Below are positions 33,128-37,755 of a stretch of 37,755 nucleotides of DNA, piece after piece. The translations under genes were made by a program, and so were the position numbers. This DNA comes from Atractiella rhizophila (taxonomy: Eukaryota), in NCBI GenBank assembly GCA_021432655.1, contig MU271304.1, positions 62,001 to 99,755 of the forward strand, written 5' to 3'. The notes beneath the pieces are model-generated. The model had not been told where the DNA came from and ran no database searches. It saw only the letters and a list, made by a program, of their open reading frames with translations. Numbering within the stretch: position 1 is the stretch's first letter; every line of letters begins with the position of its first letter.

Positions 33128-35040
33128 ATGGCAGATCTGGAAATGTTAGCAGAGTTAGAGAACATGAAGCTTCAGGATACGTCAAGGGAATTGGACTGTA
33201 AGGCACTCGCCCTCCAATGTCTATTGTTCTCAGACACTATTTAAGTGGTCTTTGTGTTGGACTGTACGGGGTATGCTCTCATGAGCTTTTGTCATGTTCC
33301 TCAGCATTGACCTTGGTGACGAAGATCGATGGGATCGTACATAACCGTTCGTTCGCCTCTTCCTACCAAAATGTCACCTCATATTGTTTGCCCAGTCTGC
33401 AACGCAAAACATCGAAGTCATTTGTCAAGAAATTGTTCAATCTGAAAAGTTGGCATCCCCGGATTGCCTCAGAATCGGTCTCATCGCTTACCGCGACCAT
33501 CCTCCACAGGTGAGTAAGAGCGGAGGTGGTCTCTACCGTGCTGAATGCCCTCGCTTCATCCTTATAGGACACAAGGTCCGTCCCGACGATGTTAAACGAG
33601 GCTTATTGACTCGTTATGTCAGCTATATTACAAAGAACTTTGGCTTTGGTAAAGGATCAGACGTCGCAAGCATCAAGAAACAGCTGCAAAGTCTTTACGC
33701 TTCTGGAGTAAGTGTGTTCGTTTACCAGATAACTCTGTTTGAATGGCTTTGTAGGGCGGTGACGGACCTGAGGCTGTAACCGCCGCGCTGAAAGAGACCC
33801 TTCTTATGGACTGGCGACCGTCGGCATCTAAGATTGCTGTTCTCATTGCTGACGCGCCACCTCATGGAATTGGAGAGTACGGAGATGTAAGCTAAACTCT
33901 CGCAGCCCGCATCCGCGCTCATCACAAGTCTGCTAGGCTTTTGCAGATGGCTCTCCTGAAGGTAAGTCTTGTGTTACAGTTTTGCTGGTGATCATGGTCA
34001 CCAACAGGAAGCGACCCATTGATCCTCGCCAGAGAAATGGCAACTAGAGGAATTACTCTGGTGCGTCCTCTTCTACCCATTTATTTTAAACTGAGGGAAA
34101 AGCAGTTCTGTGTCGCTTGCGAGCCTGCTCTTTCAGGCTACTCCTATGCCCTGGACCACTTTCGCGCACTCTCGGACATCACTTCTGGAGGTAAGCAACT
34201 TTAGTTGCCGTGATCTTCGAGAAATTTAAGCGTGTGGTATAAGTTCTCCTTCCGCTCACAACTGCCGCCCTGCTCGCTCATGTGATTGTCGGCAGTGCGT
34301 TAGAACAACTTGATATGGAACGTCTGATTCGCGAAGTGGGGGAAACCATTGCACAGAAGATCCATCAAGGTCAAGAGAGCGTCGATGACGTTGCCCGACA
34401 ACTCCATGAAACCTTACTTCTACGCAACGAGTCGACGAAGCAACTTCGAGTGGAGGACATATATCGTGACACTCCAGAGTCACGGCACAACGTGCAGACT
34501 TACATCAACGCTCCTGACTTAGCCACTGCACGGACACAGTTGAAACGAGTGCGACTCCTTCCGCTACATTGAATCATCTGATATGCCCTTTAGGTGCCTG
34601 GCAGCCGGTTGACACAAAAATTTCTAGATTCTCGCTATTCTTCGCGTGGCCATCTGTCCCTCTATCCAGCGCCGGGTCCATTGCGTCCTCCAAAACCCGA
34701 TGCTTATAAAAAGGCGAGAGTTGAACGACACAAGCTGAACGTGGACCCAAAGATGACTTTTTTGGGCAGTACTACACCAACCAAGTCGTCCGCAGATTAT
34801 GGGGCCATGCGTGACGGTTCTTCTCCATTGTCGGGCTTCGATATGGACGACGACGACGATAGGATGGAAGAAGACGCGGAACCTTTTGATGACGACCCGA
34901 ATTCAGAAAAGGATACGCAAATAATCGCACAGGATGTTCAAGGTCAACAGATTCACTTCGGGCGAGATCCGATCACCTTCGAACAAGCGAAGCGGATCAC
35001 TTCTTCAGCTGCATGGCGTGCATTCAGAGCGTCTTCGTGA
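33128..35040 (+). CDS. von Willebrand factor A domain protein (similar to the vWA domain of vwkA-type alpha-kinases; no kinase domain seen)
   Basis: MIDAS VFVLDCTG/SM, GLIAYRDHPPQ, GGGDGPEAV, VLIADAPPHG, GSALEQLDMERL; many short exons. Confidence 0.85.
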
Positions 35041-35978
35041 CCTGTTGCTACTCACTAGTCGTGCTCCTTTGTGTATGTCAGGTTCTGACTTCTGCGTCTG
35101 TAGAATTAGGAAGTGACTTTTCCCAGTTTTTCTCTTCACTTGAACTGCAACAGTTACAAGTGGAAGTCAGCTTCAGTTGCGCGGCGAAATTGAGGATAAC
35201 CTGTGGACTAGTCAATCCCTCAAGTCGGGCAGATTTACTCCGGCATCACTGTGATTGCGTACAGGGAGACCTGCTGGATCCGCCTTAATGTGCCAATCTC
35301 ATTGAACGAGACAGCATCCTGCCCCCTTTTTTAGTAATATTTGTGCTTTTTAAATCAGATTGATGTGACTTTCAGTCAAATTATGGCACAGTCATCCATA
35401 TTCATCTCCGAGTGTATGCCAGCCACTTTCGGTTTACGTTCGTCCTTCTGACAGCATCAGTTGTAACCCACTTAATGGGACTTAGTCAGTCCAGCACAAC
35501 TTGCTAACAGACTGGAAGCAACTTCCTATCGAATCTCGCTGTTTTGGAAATTTCATATTTTCTCAATCCCAGAGTGTTTATCCTGAGGAGAGCAATGACA
35601 TCCCAACAACCAATGAAGTGCAGCTTCGAGGTTGCGTGTTTCCAAAATCAAAAAGCTGACAGGAACCTGAATTTACAATGTTGGTTACTTAACACAGTAG
35701 GGTGAGTGTCATCCCCCACAAGTCCATCCGTAGGGGATACTTCCCTTCTTCCTCACATTTCAATGCACCAGTTGAACTGCGCTGCAGCCCGTCACTCAGA
35801 GCTTCTCGTGTCCAGCACAATGCTCTATATACAAAATATCTCACATTTTGTTTGAAACTCTGTCAGTCAGGATACCGGGTTGGAAGGGTCGCACGGAATT
35901 ATCACGGTAATGTGCAGAAGTAGGATGGAAATGTGCCGCAAGCCGTGAATTGCAAAATATCAAGATTGTATATCTGGC

Positions 35979-37755
<1,777 letters not shown>

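Overview
Compact, intron-dense fungal DNA; the gene styles and ~45-50 nt introns suggest a basidiomycete, which is an inference. The first ~9.6 kb is a rearranged telomerase locus. A complete multi-exon TERT gene (1023-5475, +) is flanked upstream by a C-terminally truncated TERT copy (1-~410, offset 2875 bp, ending just after the T motif). Downstream is a 2625-bp tandem duplication (4363-6986 / 6988-9601). It duplicates a DUF4112 gene and creates an in-frame chimera: the CDC73 promoter and first codons fused to the last ~1.1 kb of TERT (motifs C-E plus thumb; 6973-8100). Only the segment carrying RT motifs 1, 2, A and most of B' (3279-4362) is single-copy. The repeat interiors are almost identical, but their distal edges have diverged, which suggests real and possibly old duplications undergoing homogenisation; an assembly artefact still needs excluding with long reads. 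The rest is ordinary housekeeping content: CDC73, a C8orf76-like TPR protein, a PEX26-like protein, VTC4, NOP9, two tandem LAG1/LAC1-type ceramide synthases, AP-1 sigma, SWD2, RPP0, RAD50, a vWA-domain protein and the 3' part of LPD1. Exon boundaries were placed by eye.
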